This document shows positions 47,364 through 64,000 of a stretch of 64,000 bases of DNA, piece by piece. Numbering within the stretch: position 1 is the stretch's first letter; every line of letters starts with the position of its first letter. The notes under the pieces are model-generated. The model was not told the origin of the DNA and did not search any database. It saw only the letters and a program-made list of their open reading frames with translations. The stretch comes from Blepharisma stoltei ATCC 30299 (lineage: Eukaryota > Protista > Ciliophora). The stretch covers positions 496,001 to 560,000 of the forward strand of contig CBFDEM010000001.1 of assembly GCA_965603825.1 (NCBI GenBank). The letters are read 5' to 3'. The position numbers and the translations under genes are program-made.

Positions 47364-47496
47364 AGCTAATATCCTTATTACCAGATAAACACATTTTTAG
47401 AAAGCTTAGCTTTTAATTTTAATTAATAAGTGCCTGCTTGTTAGGCTGTTGGATATTAGCCTGCTTCAAAAAAGCAAAAAGCTAATATCCTTATTA
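47364..47496. promoter_or_regulatory. Repeated and inverted GCTAATATCC motif cluster upstream of importin alpha (function unproven)
   Basis: Exact 17-nt direct repeat AGCTAATATCCTTATTA at 47364-47380 and 47480-47496, plus inverted copy GGATATTAGC at 47451-47460. Confidence 0.5.
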
Positions 47497-47521
47497 ATTT
47501 CATATTTTAGAGCGGGAAATA

Positions 47522-49108
47522 ATGTTTTTAAAGATAAACCGAATTGAAGAACGAAAACAAAAGTACCACACTCCGCCACTAGTTGACGAACTAAAGCGGA
47601 AGCGTGAATTAACAATGATAGAGCTTCGCAAAAAGAAGAGAATGGAGCACATCGCCAAAAAGCGGGCAAAAGATACAGCTGATGGCATTGTAGCTCAGAG
47701 TGCATGTGAGAACTCTCCGGATGCAATAAAATTCCCAGAAAGCATAGTCCCTGAGATGTTATCTGAAATTGACTATAGGCTTACTGATCTTTCACTTACT
47801 CCTTTACAAAGATTTTTTGTGCTGATTTCCCTCATCCAAAATACTGATTCCAATCCTTTATTAGCGCTTTCTGTTTCTACATTAAGGAAAGTATTATCAG
47901 AAGATTTTAATATTTCTCCAGAACTTATATTGAAAACAGAATTGCTTAAAAAATTAGTAAAATGCTTAGAGATAGACTATGAAGATTTGCAGTTTAATGC
48001 CTCATGATGCCTAACTAATTTGACATCCTATTCGACTGAATTAGTGGCTGATAGTGTTGCTAATGGAATAATTGAAGCCCTTATAAAGATTTTATCAGCA
48101 AGTAAGTCTGATGCTAATTATTCTCAAGCTGCTTGGTGTCTTGGCAATATTGCAGGAGACTCCCCTAAGCATCAAGATCTCGTTTATACTAGCGGCTCTG
48201 GAGAGCTAATAATCAGAAAAATTGCAAATTTACGCATAACAAGAATAGGCGAAGTCTCAATACTTATATGGTCACTATCAAATTTACTTAAAGGTCCTTC
48301 AGTGTCTCGAATTTTTATCAGTGAGTTTTTTGAAATTGTCCCTAAAATATTGAGCTCTGAATATGAAGAAGTTTTAAGAGAAACCATGCTTTGTTTATAC
48401 TTAATATCTGAAGGTAATAGAAAACTAATTATAGATGCCGGCATAATTCCTAGAATAATAGAAATCCTGATCTATGAAGATCCATCATTAAAAGTCTTAA
48501 CGCTTAGAACTTTAGGAATTATAGCAGGAGGTGACAGCTATGACACAAATATTCTTTTAAATTACGGAATTATCGACAAAATATCTTCATCTATCTGTTC
48601 TACTAAACCAGAAATAAAAAAAGAAGCTTTATGGTGTTTAAGTAACTTATGTGCTTGTGAATCAAAAAAAGCTGATAAAATTTTATTCCACCCTATAATG
48701 AAATCAATCCTAGACTCTCTATTCCACACACATTTTCAAATTCGCTTTGAAGCTTCTTTTGTTATTACAAATTTAACAGCTTCTGCATCCCATGAAGCCT
48801 TAATGAAATTTATGGAAGGTAACATATTAGAAGTCCTATCAGAGCAGCTTGAAAATAAGGACTCCAGGATTTTGCTGCTTATACTTAAAACAGTTTTTAA
48901 TCTGATTAATGTAGGGAGCCAAATGGGGAAAAATGAAAATAAAATAAACATAAAGTTTGATGCTGCAGGAGGTATTACAAGGCTAGAAGCACTGCAAGCT
49001 CACCCAAATAGACAAGTGTATAATAAAACAATTGAAATTTTGTCTAAGTTTTTTGACGCTGAAGAGGACTTAGAGATGAGTAAAAAATTAGATTTTAATT
49101 TTAGTTAA
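47522..49108 (+). CDS. Importin alpha, 528 aa
   Basis: IBB KRKRELTMIELRKKKR...KKR; ARM motifs QFNAS-W(TGA 48005-48007)-CLTN, AAWCLGNIAGD, KKEALWCLSN; LQAHPN..VY. Confidence 0.93.
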
Positions 49109-49160
49109 TTTTTTTGCATAAATATTTATTTTAACAAAAATCAAATTTGCTAATAATACA

Positions 49161-50720
49161 TTAAATTGGCAGTCTATTAATAAAGGTTATTTTCTTATCA
49201 ATATCTGAACCTTTTCTTATAGGAACTCTTGGACATTTAAGCTTAAAAAAATTGTCCCTGCTTTTTTCTTTTAGTAATTCATTAAGCACTGTTTTTACAT
49301 CAATGGTTTCGCTGCCTTCATCTGATTCGCTATGTAAAGAATCATCAGCCCATCCTGCAAAAGGCTCTCTAAAGCTATTTGAATATTTTCTAGTACTATG
49401 TATATCTGGAAGCGTTGGAACTTGTGTAAATTTACGCGAAGATTGCTCATCATTACTATTAGATGTAAAAGAGTTTGTTTTTGTTCGTCTAGGGGTAATG
49501 CCTCTTAGGTCTTCTCTTATTTCTTCCATCACAAAAGGCCGCGGCTGAGGTGAAAATGACTCTTTTTTGACAGGTGGAAGCTTTGTTTTTTGTTCTATGC
49601 GATGGCAAGCTTCTTCTGTTCTTGGTCTTTGGGGTGGGACGGATTTTACGCTCATTCTTCCTATGACTCTATGCTTATACAAATTTTCAATAGCAGTGAT
49701 TTTTTCTTTAGAAATATTTATTTTCAGTGAACTTGTAATTAATGATTCAGGGTCTATAAGATTTTTGACCTCTTTTAGAGCTTCACATATTTCTACCGTT
49801 TCTAATGTTAAAAGAGTAGTCTCAATAGAAGAGAGAATTGATAACGCAACACGATATAGCATTTTAATGCCATCTATTAAAAAACAGTCCCAAATTCTTA
49901 TAATTGTTTCGAAATTTAAATTCATGATATAAACAGTCATAAACCACTTCAAAATTCACGCATCATCAGGGACATTTTCGTCTTGAAAATGCTGCCACAG
50001 CTTTGGGAGCTTCAATCTAAAAATCCTGTTGAAAATTCATACACTTTTTTTCAAAAAAGGCATTCCTTCAATAAAAAATCCTTTTAAATCATATTTTTCA
50101 CAGAGGATTTCAAGAGCAAAGAGCACTTCAATTTCGCTTCCTCCTGACACCATAAGTAAAAATCCAGCAATAAAATTCATCCCTTGGCAATATCCTATCT
50201 CCTGATGCTGATAAGCAAATTTTCCTAATATTCGCTCCAATGCGCCTTGGCCTGCATTATTAAACTGCTCTTTCTGAAAATATGGGTGATTAGGGAAGGT
50301 TCTATCAAGATCTCTTCTTATTGTAGACATAACACTCTCATCTGCCATTGGCAGCTTATTATAAGCATCTTCATTGACCCTGGCACTTAATTTCATCAAT
50401 GCAATTCAAGCTTGCCAACGATATTGCACAGGTGGCCCTTTTTTGATTCTTCTTAACAGCTTTTCTTTTCTTTCAGGATCTTTTAAATATACTTCAAAAG
50501 GATGAGCGGTTGACGCATACATGCTCATCATTTTATTTCATTTGCCAAGATGATCTAAAAGCTTGTCGTTCATTGTTTGAGGTATCAAATAAGGACCGAT
50601 CCCGGCTTCTCGAAGATCAGGAGGAGGAAAACCATAAGGGAATTTAGGCCTTTGCATTGGGAGCACGACTTGTTTGATATCTTTGCCGTTTCTTCGTAAT
50701 ATACCACATGTAGTACCCAT
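49161..50720 (-). CDS. TBC-domain Rab GTPase-activating protein, ~519 aa
   Basis: IRRDLDRTFP and GYCQGMNF catalytic fingers, RRIKKGPP..RWQA-W(TGA), KWFMT, RIWDCFL.DG; likely start MGTTCG at 50720. Confidence 0.9.
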
Positions 50721-51222
50721 CTTAACAGTAAGAATTAATTTACTTGTAGATTTAAATAAGGAGTCTTCGAAAAATAACATGATATAATATTGAAATCATT
50801 ATTTTGTATAATTGATAATAATTAATATAAATAAAATTGTGTTTTAATAGAAGTAATTGTTTTTGAATAATGCTTTAAATCAAAATATTTCTAAAGATTT
50901 ATTTTATTTCGCCAGATATTTTTATTAAAATTTTATTATAATATCAAAAATATTAATATTAATACCTAAAGGGAACTAATTTTTAATTTAAGCCCATGCT
51001 TAATAATATCTATTATTTTTATGCAATTTAAAAGAATCGCTTATTTAACTATTTCTACCAATTGCAATATTCTAAATAATTAAAAATTTTATAATCTGTC
51101 ATTAAAATAGCTAATCAAATATGTTATTAAACATTAATTGTTTAAACGTAAAAATTTTTGGTATATGCTGGCTGGAGCTCTGAAATAACAATAATAAATT
51201 TTTAATTAGATTATTAGCACAA

Positions 51223-51450
51223 TTACTCAAAATCTCGAAAACTTGAAAGAAGATTTTGCTTTCTGATATTATTTGATTCAGCGATTTCTCTTTCCACTCT
51301 AGGCAATATTTTACTTTCTGGCTTTCGGTCTCGAACAATACGATTAATGACAACTCCTTGCTTTGCAAATATAGATTCTGGATTTGATTTTCGATTGGGG
51401 CATGCTTTTCCTTCCAGTGTTTTAAGGAATAATTCCCTATTACTATTCAT
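51223..51450 (-). CDS. Small hypothetical protein, 75 aa
   Basis: ATG..TAA ORF with aaaATG context; coding-like composition inside a very AT-rich spacer; no recognisable motif. Confidence 0.5.
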   Translation of the reverse strand: MNSNRELFLKTLEGKACPNRKSNPESIFAKQGVVINRIVRDRKPESKILPRVEREIAESNNIRKQNLLSSFRDFE

Positions 51451-51697
51451 TTTATATCCATATATGCAAATAATTGTATCAAATCTAGTCGCTGCTTAGC
51501 AATCTAAGCTGCCTTATTTTCTTACAATTAAGAATAATACGAATATTTTAGCATTTTAACTTATATAAATTTTATGCTTTCTTAGATATTTATTCTCAAG
51601 AATTAGCAAAACGCCTTTTAAAATTAAGAAAATGACTATATCAATTATTCAAAATTTTGAAAAATATTTATTTCATTAAAAAGATAGGTTATTTAGT

Positions 51698-51967
51698 CTA
51701 AGGCTTTTTGTCGAACGTAGGAGTTGTCATTCTTGCACGAATTCTCTGTCCTTTTACAACATGTCCATTTAAAACTTGAACAGCATATGCTGCATCTATT
51801 TGGGAATCGAAGCTTATAAAGCAAAATTTGTTGTGAATGGCGATCCTCTGTGCTTTTGGTAAATAAGGTGTTAATTCATGTATTAAAGTTGGCTCAGGTA
51901 AACCAATAACCATAATTTGCCTTCCAAATTGAGAGCTTAGGAGTCTCTTTAATGTGCTCTTAATCAT
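51698..51967 (-). CDS. Small single-RRM protein with presequence-like N-terminus
   Basis: IMVIGLP (RNP2-like), FCFISFD (RNP1-like), A..AVQVLNG..VKGQRIRA. Confidence 0.8.
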   Translation of the reverse strand: MIKSTLKRLLSSQFGRQIMVIGLPEPTLIHELTPYLPKAQRIAIHNKFCFISFDSQIDAAYAVQVLNGHVVKGQRIRARMTTPTFDKKP

Positions 51968-52261
51968 AAATTAATATGGCAATAATTTTTATTATTCTTA
52001 ACATCAAATAAGCATGGCTTACCAAAGAAGGGAAGAAAGGGGAGTTTGCAATTTTTTACTCATATATGAATTCTTTTTGCATTAGAATGATGCACAATTA
52101 TTAAATTTTTTGATCAGTTGATACTTTAGGAGCTTATCACAATAATCCAATTTTATTTATTTTAATGCTATTTTTAGTCATATATGATTTATTCAATATT
52201 ATTACCTTACTTATAAACCTATGTTGTATTAACCATAAATAAATACAAAATATTTATTTTA

Positions 52262-58504
<6,243 letters not shown>

Positions 58505-58826
58505 TTTATTAAAATAAAGATTGAAACAATTGAAACTCCAATCTTTCTAGTAAATTGGAATATAATAAAATAATAATTGTAGCTGCAAATCACTATAAAA
58601 TTTATTTATAAGAATATTTGCATTATTAAAGATTCTCTAATCCCTGAATTAGGGCAAAGAGATAAGCTTGTTTCTGATGTAAAACAATATAACTAATTAT
58701 CTTGGTAAACGTGATATAGCGAAAATATATGTTTACTCCAATCCAAGTGATAAATATATTAAAAAATTCCACAATTAATACATGGGTAACTAAATTTTTT
58801 AAGATTATCTTATTCAAATTACTTTA

Positions 58827-59690
58827 TTATGGTGACGCTCTCGACCCACAAACTGGGCACACTTCCACATTATTATTTTTCATGTTTTGTGCGCAGTTTT
58901 CACAGCACAAGCATTCCTTCTCACAAATTTCTCTGATCTTATCTACACTATTACAAAACACGCAGATAATATTCTTTCCAGGAGGCGGTGGCACTTCTAT
59001 TTTATTTGGCAGTGTCGCCAAAGCATATTTAAGGATCTCTCTAATTTCCCCTGAATATATATTTTCACATCCTATTCTTGGACACTTTAAATTATAAAAA
59101 TCCTTCACGTTATTTATGCAATTCTGAGTTGTGCAGGAATCACACACATTGCAGCCTTCAGATCTGACTAGTGAGAACTCAATATCGTCTTTTCCTTCAT
59201 TACAGACTGGGCAAATTTTATAAGTTTCATTTAGTTTAGTGATCAGTACAGCAATATCTGATTTTTCTTTTTCAAAAGTGTTCTTGCCGTGCTCACAAAT
59301 GTCTTTGTTAAAAAAAAAATCCCTGATGCACTCTCCGCAGTGGTCTAATTTGCAGGAATCGAGCTTGTAGAATTTAGGCTTAGTTCTGTGCTCAGCAAGA
59401 ATGTGGGCTAATTGAAGCACTTCAAGAGGGATTTTTTCGCCTCTTCCAAGCTGTTTTAGACGAGATAAGATTATTTGTTTGCTTTCGTTTCTAATTTTAA
59501 CACCGTTTTCGAGGGCAAACTTGGATAGTTTGTTAGCAAATTTTCTGAATGCTTTTTTGCCTGCTTTAACAGGATTGGGTCTTTCTTCGACTGGAGCTGG
59601 GTCAATTTTGGCTTCTTCTTTAGCCTGTTTTGGTGTTTCTTGTATAAATCCTGAGCTGTACATAAAACTTGATTTAATTGGTCCTCTCAT
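58827..59690 (-). CDS. Cys-rich multi-RING-like zinc-finger protein, 287 aa
   Basis: CPVC..GCNVCDSC..CPRIGC and CVFC..CLCCENC..CPVC clusters. Confidence 0.78.
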   Translation of the reverse strand: MRGPIKSSFMYSSGFIQETPKQAKEEAKIDPAPVEERPNPVKAGKKAFRKFANKLSKFALENGVKIRNESKQIILSRLKQLGRGEKIPLEVLQLAHILAEHRTKPKFYKLDSCKLDHCGECIRDFFFNKDICEHGKNTFEKEKSDIAVLITKLNETYKICPVCNEGKDDIEFSLVRSEGCNVCDSCTTQNCINNVKDFYNLKCPRIGCENIYSGEIREILKYALATLPNKIEVPPPPGKNIICVFCNSVDKIREICEKECLCCENCAQNMKNNNVEVCPVCGSRASP

Positions 59691-60165
59691 GATTCTATAA
59701 ATTTATTAATCTTAAAAGATGTATAAAATTTTATAAGAAACAGGATTTTATTTACTTTTCCTCTTCTTTTTGGCTCTTTTGTATATTTTTGCTTTAACTT
59801 TAAATACTAGTCGGTATGAATTATATTTTTTCCAATCCCAAAATTCAGTTATGCAATTATTGATATCTAATTAATAATATTCTCGGTATAAGTAAGCCCA
59901 AAGCAAGCAACTAAGCCAACATTTTCCTTTATGCTGATTAATAGCTACTGTTCTCTTTCAGCAAGCTATATAAAGACTTCTGAATTAGGCTTTGCATCAA
60001 TATAAATTGCTCGAGGAAATCTCAATGGTGAGTGAAGTTTGCTGGCATCATTTATCAATGCTCTAAATTCTCTTAAAAAGATTAGATTCATAAATAAAAA
60101 TTTGAAAGTTTTTCAGTGTATAAGCTTTATAAAAACATAGATATTTATAATACTTCATATAAATA

Positions 60166-62568
60166 TTATTTTATTAAATTTTGCCATTCCCAGAATTTAA
60201 TTATGCCGTTTTTGAAACCTAAAGCAATTATTTTCTCACTAGTTGAAAATTCAATACAAGTAATTAAATCCTCAAGTTCATTAAAACTGACTAATAACTC
60301 TCTACTCTCAACAAGCCATATATAAATATTATTGATACACTTTATCTCAGAGTCTTCTAAGCTCAAAGCTGCAATATATTTTCCACTGGGGGAGAATTTG
60401 ATATATTTATAAGGATTATTTCCATTTCTTTTAAATGTGCTTTGGAATCCGTCATTAGAATTTAAATCATAAAGAAAAATATCAGTTGAAGATCCAAAAG
60501 CATAAACAAAAATTTGTTGAGAAGGAGAAACTTGAAGTATGACATTTAATTTTTGATGGTTTTTGAAGAAATGTATACATTTCTCTTCTTTGTAACTCCA
60601 TACTTTGATTTTGTTATCGTCAAAACAAGAGACGATGATTCCTTTATTTCGAGTAAATCCTAAGTACTTTGCACAATTAAATCGCCCATTAAGGGTGCAA
60701 ACTTGTTTTATGGAGTCTAAGCTTTTTTCTCAAAGCACAATTTCATCATGTACAGTTCCGACAGCAATTAATTTTCCATCATGAGAAATAGTTAAAGCCT
60801 TGATGTAGCTAGTACAACCTGAAAATTCATGTAGTAGGTCTAAATGTGGAGAGTAAATAAAAATTAAATTATTACTGGGCATTGCTATATAGTCGCCAGA
60901 TGATGAATATATTATAGTTTTTACTGCATGATTCGGAGAGCCTGCGTATAAGTGCTTTATAACCTTATGCTGCGCGAAGTCTCATAATTCAATCTCTGCC
61001 TCTCCGCAATGTGTAACAAAATAATTTCCACATGGAGAAAATGAAATAGAGTTGACAGTATAATTGCTTTTTTTTATTGATTTATTGCTGTTTACATCAG
61101 AAATATCGAAGAATGAAATACCTTGTCTTTTACTTGCAGCTGCAATAGATTTTCCATTAGGCATAAAGACAAGCTTTCTGGATTCTTTACCTGGCTCACA
61201 ATAGATTTGATAAGTAAATTGCTGAGTCTCTATGTCAAAACCCAGAATAGCCCCATCTTCTCTTCTAAATGCAATTAAATTTATTTGATTGAAAGAAGCT
61301 TGGGAAGGAAATAAAGTTGGGCAATATAAAAGCACTTTTTCTCCCAAATTAATGTTTCATACTGAAATATTTTGTGATAAACAAATTAGGAACTTTCCAT
61401 TACTACTAGGTGTTATCGATTTAACTCATTTTTCTTCTTGAAAACGCTTTATAAGTTTTTTTCCTTTCTTTTTCTTATTTCGAATAAAAGTTGTGCCTTT
61501 ATAGCACGGTACTATCTTACCCTTTGCGTCAAAATCTCACACTAAAATGTAAGAATCATCGCCAGCTGAATATAATAACTTATTGCAAGGAGAAAACGAC
61601 ACATCCACAACTTGTGCTGCATGCCCATTCAGCATATGAATAAGTGCTTGGCTTTTTAAATACCAAACTTTTATACTGTTATCCATGCTTCCCGCTGCAA
61701 AATACGTTTCGCATGAAGAAAATGCAAAGCAAGAGGCATTGTAGAAAAAGCCTTCAAATTTAATTATTTTGTACTCATTTTGTAAATCATATAAAGTAAC
61801 TATTCCAGATTTTATTATCCCAATATAGCGGGCACTTGGTGAAAATCGTAATAAATGCATGAGTCCTAAATCTCCACAATTAATTTCTTTTAATAGTTTA
61901 TCAGACTCTATTTCCCATAATCTTATTCTCGCTTCATTTTCAAACCCAAATGCTACTAAATACCTCCCACATCTGGAAACATCAAAACTTTCCCCTACTT
62001 TTTTATAACTTAAAATCACGTGATTTTTAGAAAATTTCGCATTTTTTAAGTCGCAATTTTTAAAATTCACGTGGTAAAGATTTGACTGATTGAAATTAGC
62101 TGAATTGAGACTGCTGTCTTTAAAATTTGTGTTAATGAAAAGAGAGTTGGATAAGTCGGCATATGGGATATTTGTTGATTGAAGATCAGTGTTATTAAAT
62201 GAATAGCCAAGCTTGTTTAAAATAGAAATTGCGTTGCTTGCAGCTCTTGAGATCTCAGGTAACCCTTTTGAGAAAATAACGATTTCAAACAGAATTTCTT
62301 GTAGATCTGTTGAGAAATAAGTTTTAAATAGCTCGAGACTTGGATAAAATGATGCGAGATCAACTGAGTTGAAATAGGAGTCCCTGAGACTTTCAGTTTG
62401 CGTTCATTTAGGAATATCTTTAACTATAGTGTTTCACACCCTAAAATAGATATCTTTTAAGCATCTTATCTTATTAGTAACCTGCTTATAAGGTTTGCAA
62501 GATAAGAGTTCTTTTGATTTAGGCGAATTTATGCTTGACTTTCCTCTTTCAATACGATTTTGTACCAT
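60166..62568 (-). CDS. Pentapeptide-repeat plus WD40 protein, ~800 aa; start uncertain
   Basis: Single frame open from ATG 62568 to TAA 60166 with TGA=Trp, often at WD positions. AASNAISILNKLG..DLQSTNIPYADLS..NF..SL..ANF..NL pentapeptides precede the WD40 repeats. Confidence 0.8.
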
Positions 62569-62669
62569 AATGAAATCAAGATTATTTATATAATTGAGAA
62601 CCCAGTCAAAAAAAATTAAATGGAGTTTTGATTTAATTTTTCGTGGATTGAGTTCAGTGGCTTCAAGCT

Positions 62670-63110
62670 CTATCACATTTGTAACATCTCTACTGTTTCT
62701 TCTTCAGACCCATCACTAGTTTCGTTTTTAAAAGTAATAACTTCATAATGAATTTGAAGTGGAAGAAAAGGGCAACTCCTGGGTGTTGAAAAACTTAAAC
62801 TGAAATTAGAAGCGTCTTGACTATTATATTTTTCTCTAATTAAATTATATAAATAATTTTGAAGAGAGTCCCCTTTTCAATTGTAAGAAAATATCGGTTT
62901 ATTGGTTATATCAAATTAAAAGTTCATTAAATAGGTGAGTTAACTTTTCATCATGATTTGTATCGATGGCTGAAAAATGTCACGCAATATTTTTGTGTCT
63001 TTCAAAGAAATAAACTGAGATGTTAAAAGCATTTATTGCATCTTCTAGCTTACTTGAAGCATGATACTGCTGAAGAATAATTAAGGCTGACCAAATTAAT
63101 TCAGAATCAA
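62670..63110 (-). pseudogene. Coding-like but frame-broken segment upstream of the pentapeptide-WD40 gene
   Basis: Protein-like stretches in different frames (..SKLEDAINAFNISVYFFERHKNIAW.. and ..YNWKGDSLQNYLYNLIREKY..) separated by TAA/TAG; no 15/16-nt intron restores the frame. Confidence 0.35.
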
Positions 63111-63187
63111 TAAAATTTAAAAATATATATAATTCTACCACAAAAGTTAATTATGATTAAAGCTATAAATCATTTTTATTTTATTTG

Positions 63188-64000
63188 CTAAAGTCTACAT
63201 AGCTTGAAAGTGTTATCAGCACTTACAGAAGCGAACTCAAGTTTTTTATTGTTGAGAAACTTAAGAGAGTCAACTGCATTGGAATGATATTTTATTTCTT
63301 TAATCAGAGTGCCTTCCCAAGTATTCCATATTTTGACACAGCCATTTAAGGTTCCAGTTATCAAATAATCCCCACATAAAGACACAGCTATTGAAGGTAT
63401 CATCTGATCATCAGCTTGAATTTCTAAAATTTTCCATTGCGCTTCAATATCCCAAAGTATAACTTGCCCACCTGCATCTGCTGAAACCAGATAATTTGTA
63501 GACTGAACGAAGCTCATACATAATAAATTCTGTTTATGGCCATCCAATTCCAACGATTTTCTGCCGCCAAGTTCTCATAAAAGCAGCTTTTTATTATTGC
63601 ATGCTGTAGCCAGATATTTCCCACATGGTGAAAAATTGATACAAGTGAGAAATTCTACGCTGCATTTTAAAAAAAAATAATTTGACGGAGCCGTTAGATC
63701 CCACACCTTAACTTCACCGTTAGATTGTCCAGTCGCTATAATTTTATCGTTAAAAGCTATATCAATTGCAGAAACCTGAATGTTTCCCATTATGAATTCT
63801 TTTAAAGGATATTGATTTTCGGCATCCCAAACAGTGATATAATTCCTTGAGCACAATGATATAAGGAAATACCCAAATTTCAGAAATTTGACATAAATAA
63901 TTATTCCTTTGCTGCTTTTAAGTTTAAATTTGTTTTTCTTTGTCTCGGCATCTTTAATCATGATTAAGCTTGAGGTGTCTGCCACTGCAATATATTTCCC
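63188..64000 (-). CDS. WD40-repeat protein, 3' part (5' end outside window)
   Basis: Fragments 63575..63985 and 63188..63553 joined at TGA (LLL-W-E); GH..WD repeats; TAG stop. Confidence 0.88.

Noticed and set aside
50721-50780. Upstream in-frame ATG for the TBC gene
   Set aside because: The 20-aa extension is spacer-like and MGTTCG is the more plausible start; not fully excluded.
59870-60091. Coding-looking stretch between the RING and WD40 genes
   Set aside because: Minus-strand ORF from ATG 60091 stops at TAG after ~41 codons and no micro-intron rescues it.

Overview
Gene-dense, AT-rich eukaryotic DNA that reads as a heterotrich ciliate macronuclear contig, most likely Blepharisma. This assignment is an inference from two things seen directly. 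(1) TGA encodes Trp: the fragmented ORFs in the supplied track join in-frame across TGA codons that fall on conserved Trp residues, and every reconstructed gene ends in TAA or TAG. (2) Genes carry tiny 15-16 nt GT..AG introns with an invariant A six bases from the 3' end; I found 13. Re-read this way the window holds about 36 protein-coding genes, in order: CK1 (3' part), Piezo, a coiled-coil protein, a TRANK1-like SF1 helicase, Vps34, a lipase, a second coiled-coil protein, a dual-specificity phosphatase, an EF-hand protein, DNA primase small subunit, HYOU1/GRP170, TFIIA large subunit, a TPR protein, three paralogous ~140-aa orphan proteins, a HACD/PTPLA-like protein, a dynein-stalk-like protein, a 50-aa membrane microprotein, an MGC-start protein, ACBP, a SHIPPO-repeat protein, a 4TM/coiled-coil/EF-hand protein, an Unkempt-like protein, RINT1, pyrophosphatase, alpha-carbonic anhydrase, importin alpha, a TBC GAP, a small ORF, an RRM protein, a BEACH protein, a RING protein and two WD40 genes. 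The best candidate for an undescribed system is the inverted three-paralog cassette at 30283-31583 (putative SAM-like N-terminus plus C-terminal zinc finger, a 39-nt shared upstream region, overlapping stop codons). I recognised no tRNA, rRNA, telomere, transposon or CRISPR array. All family calls come from motif recognition by eye; no database searches were run.
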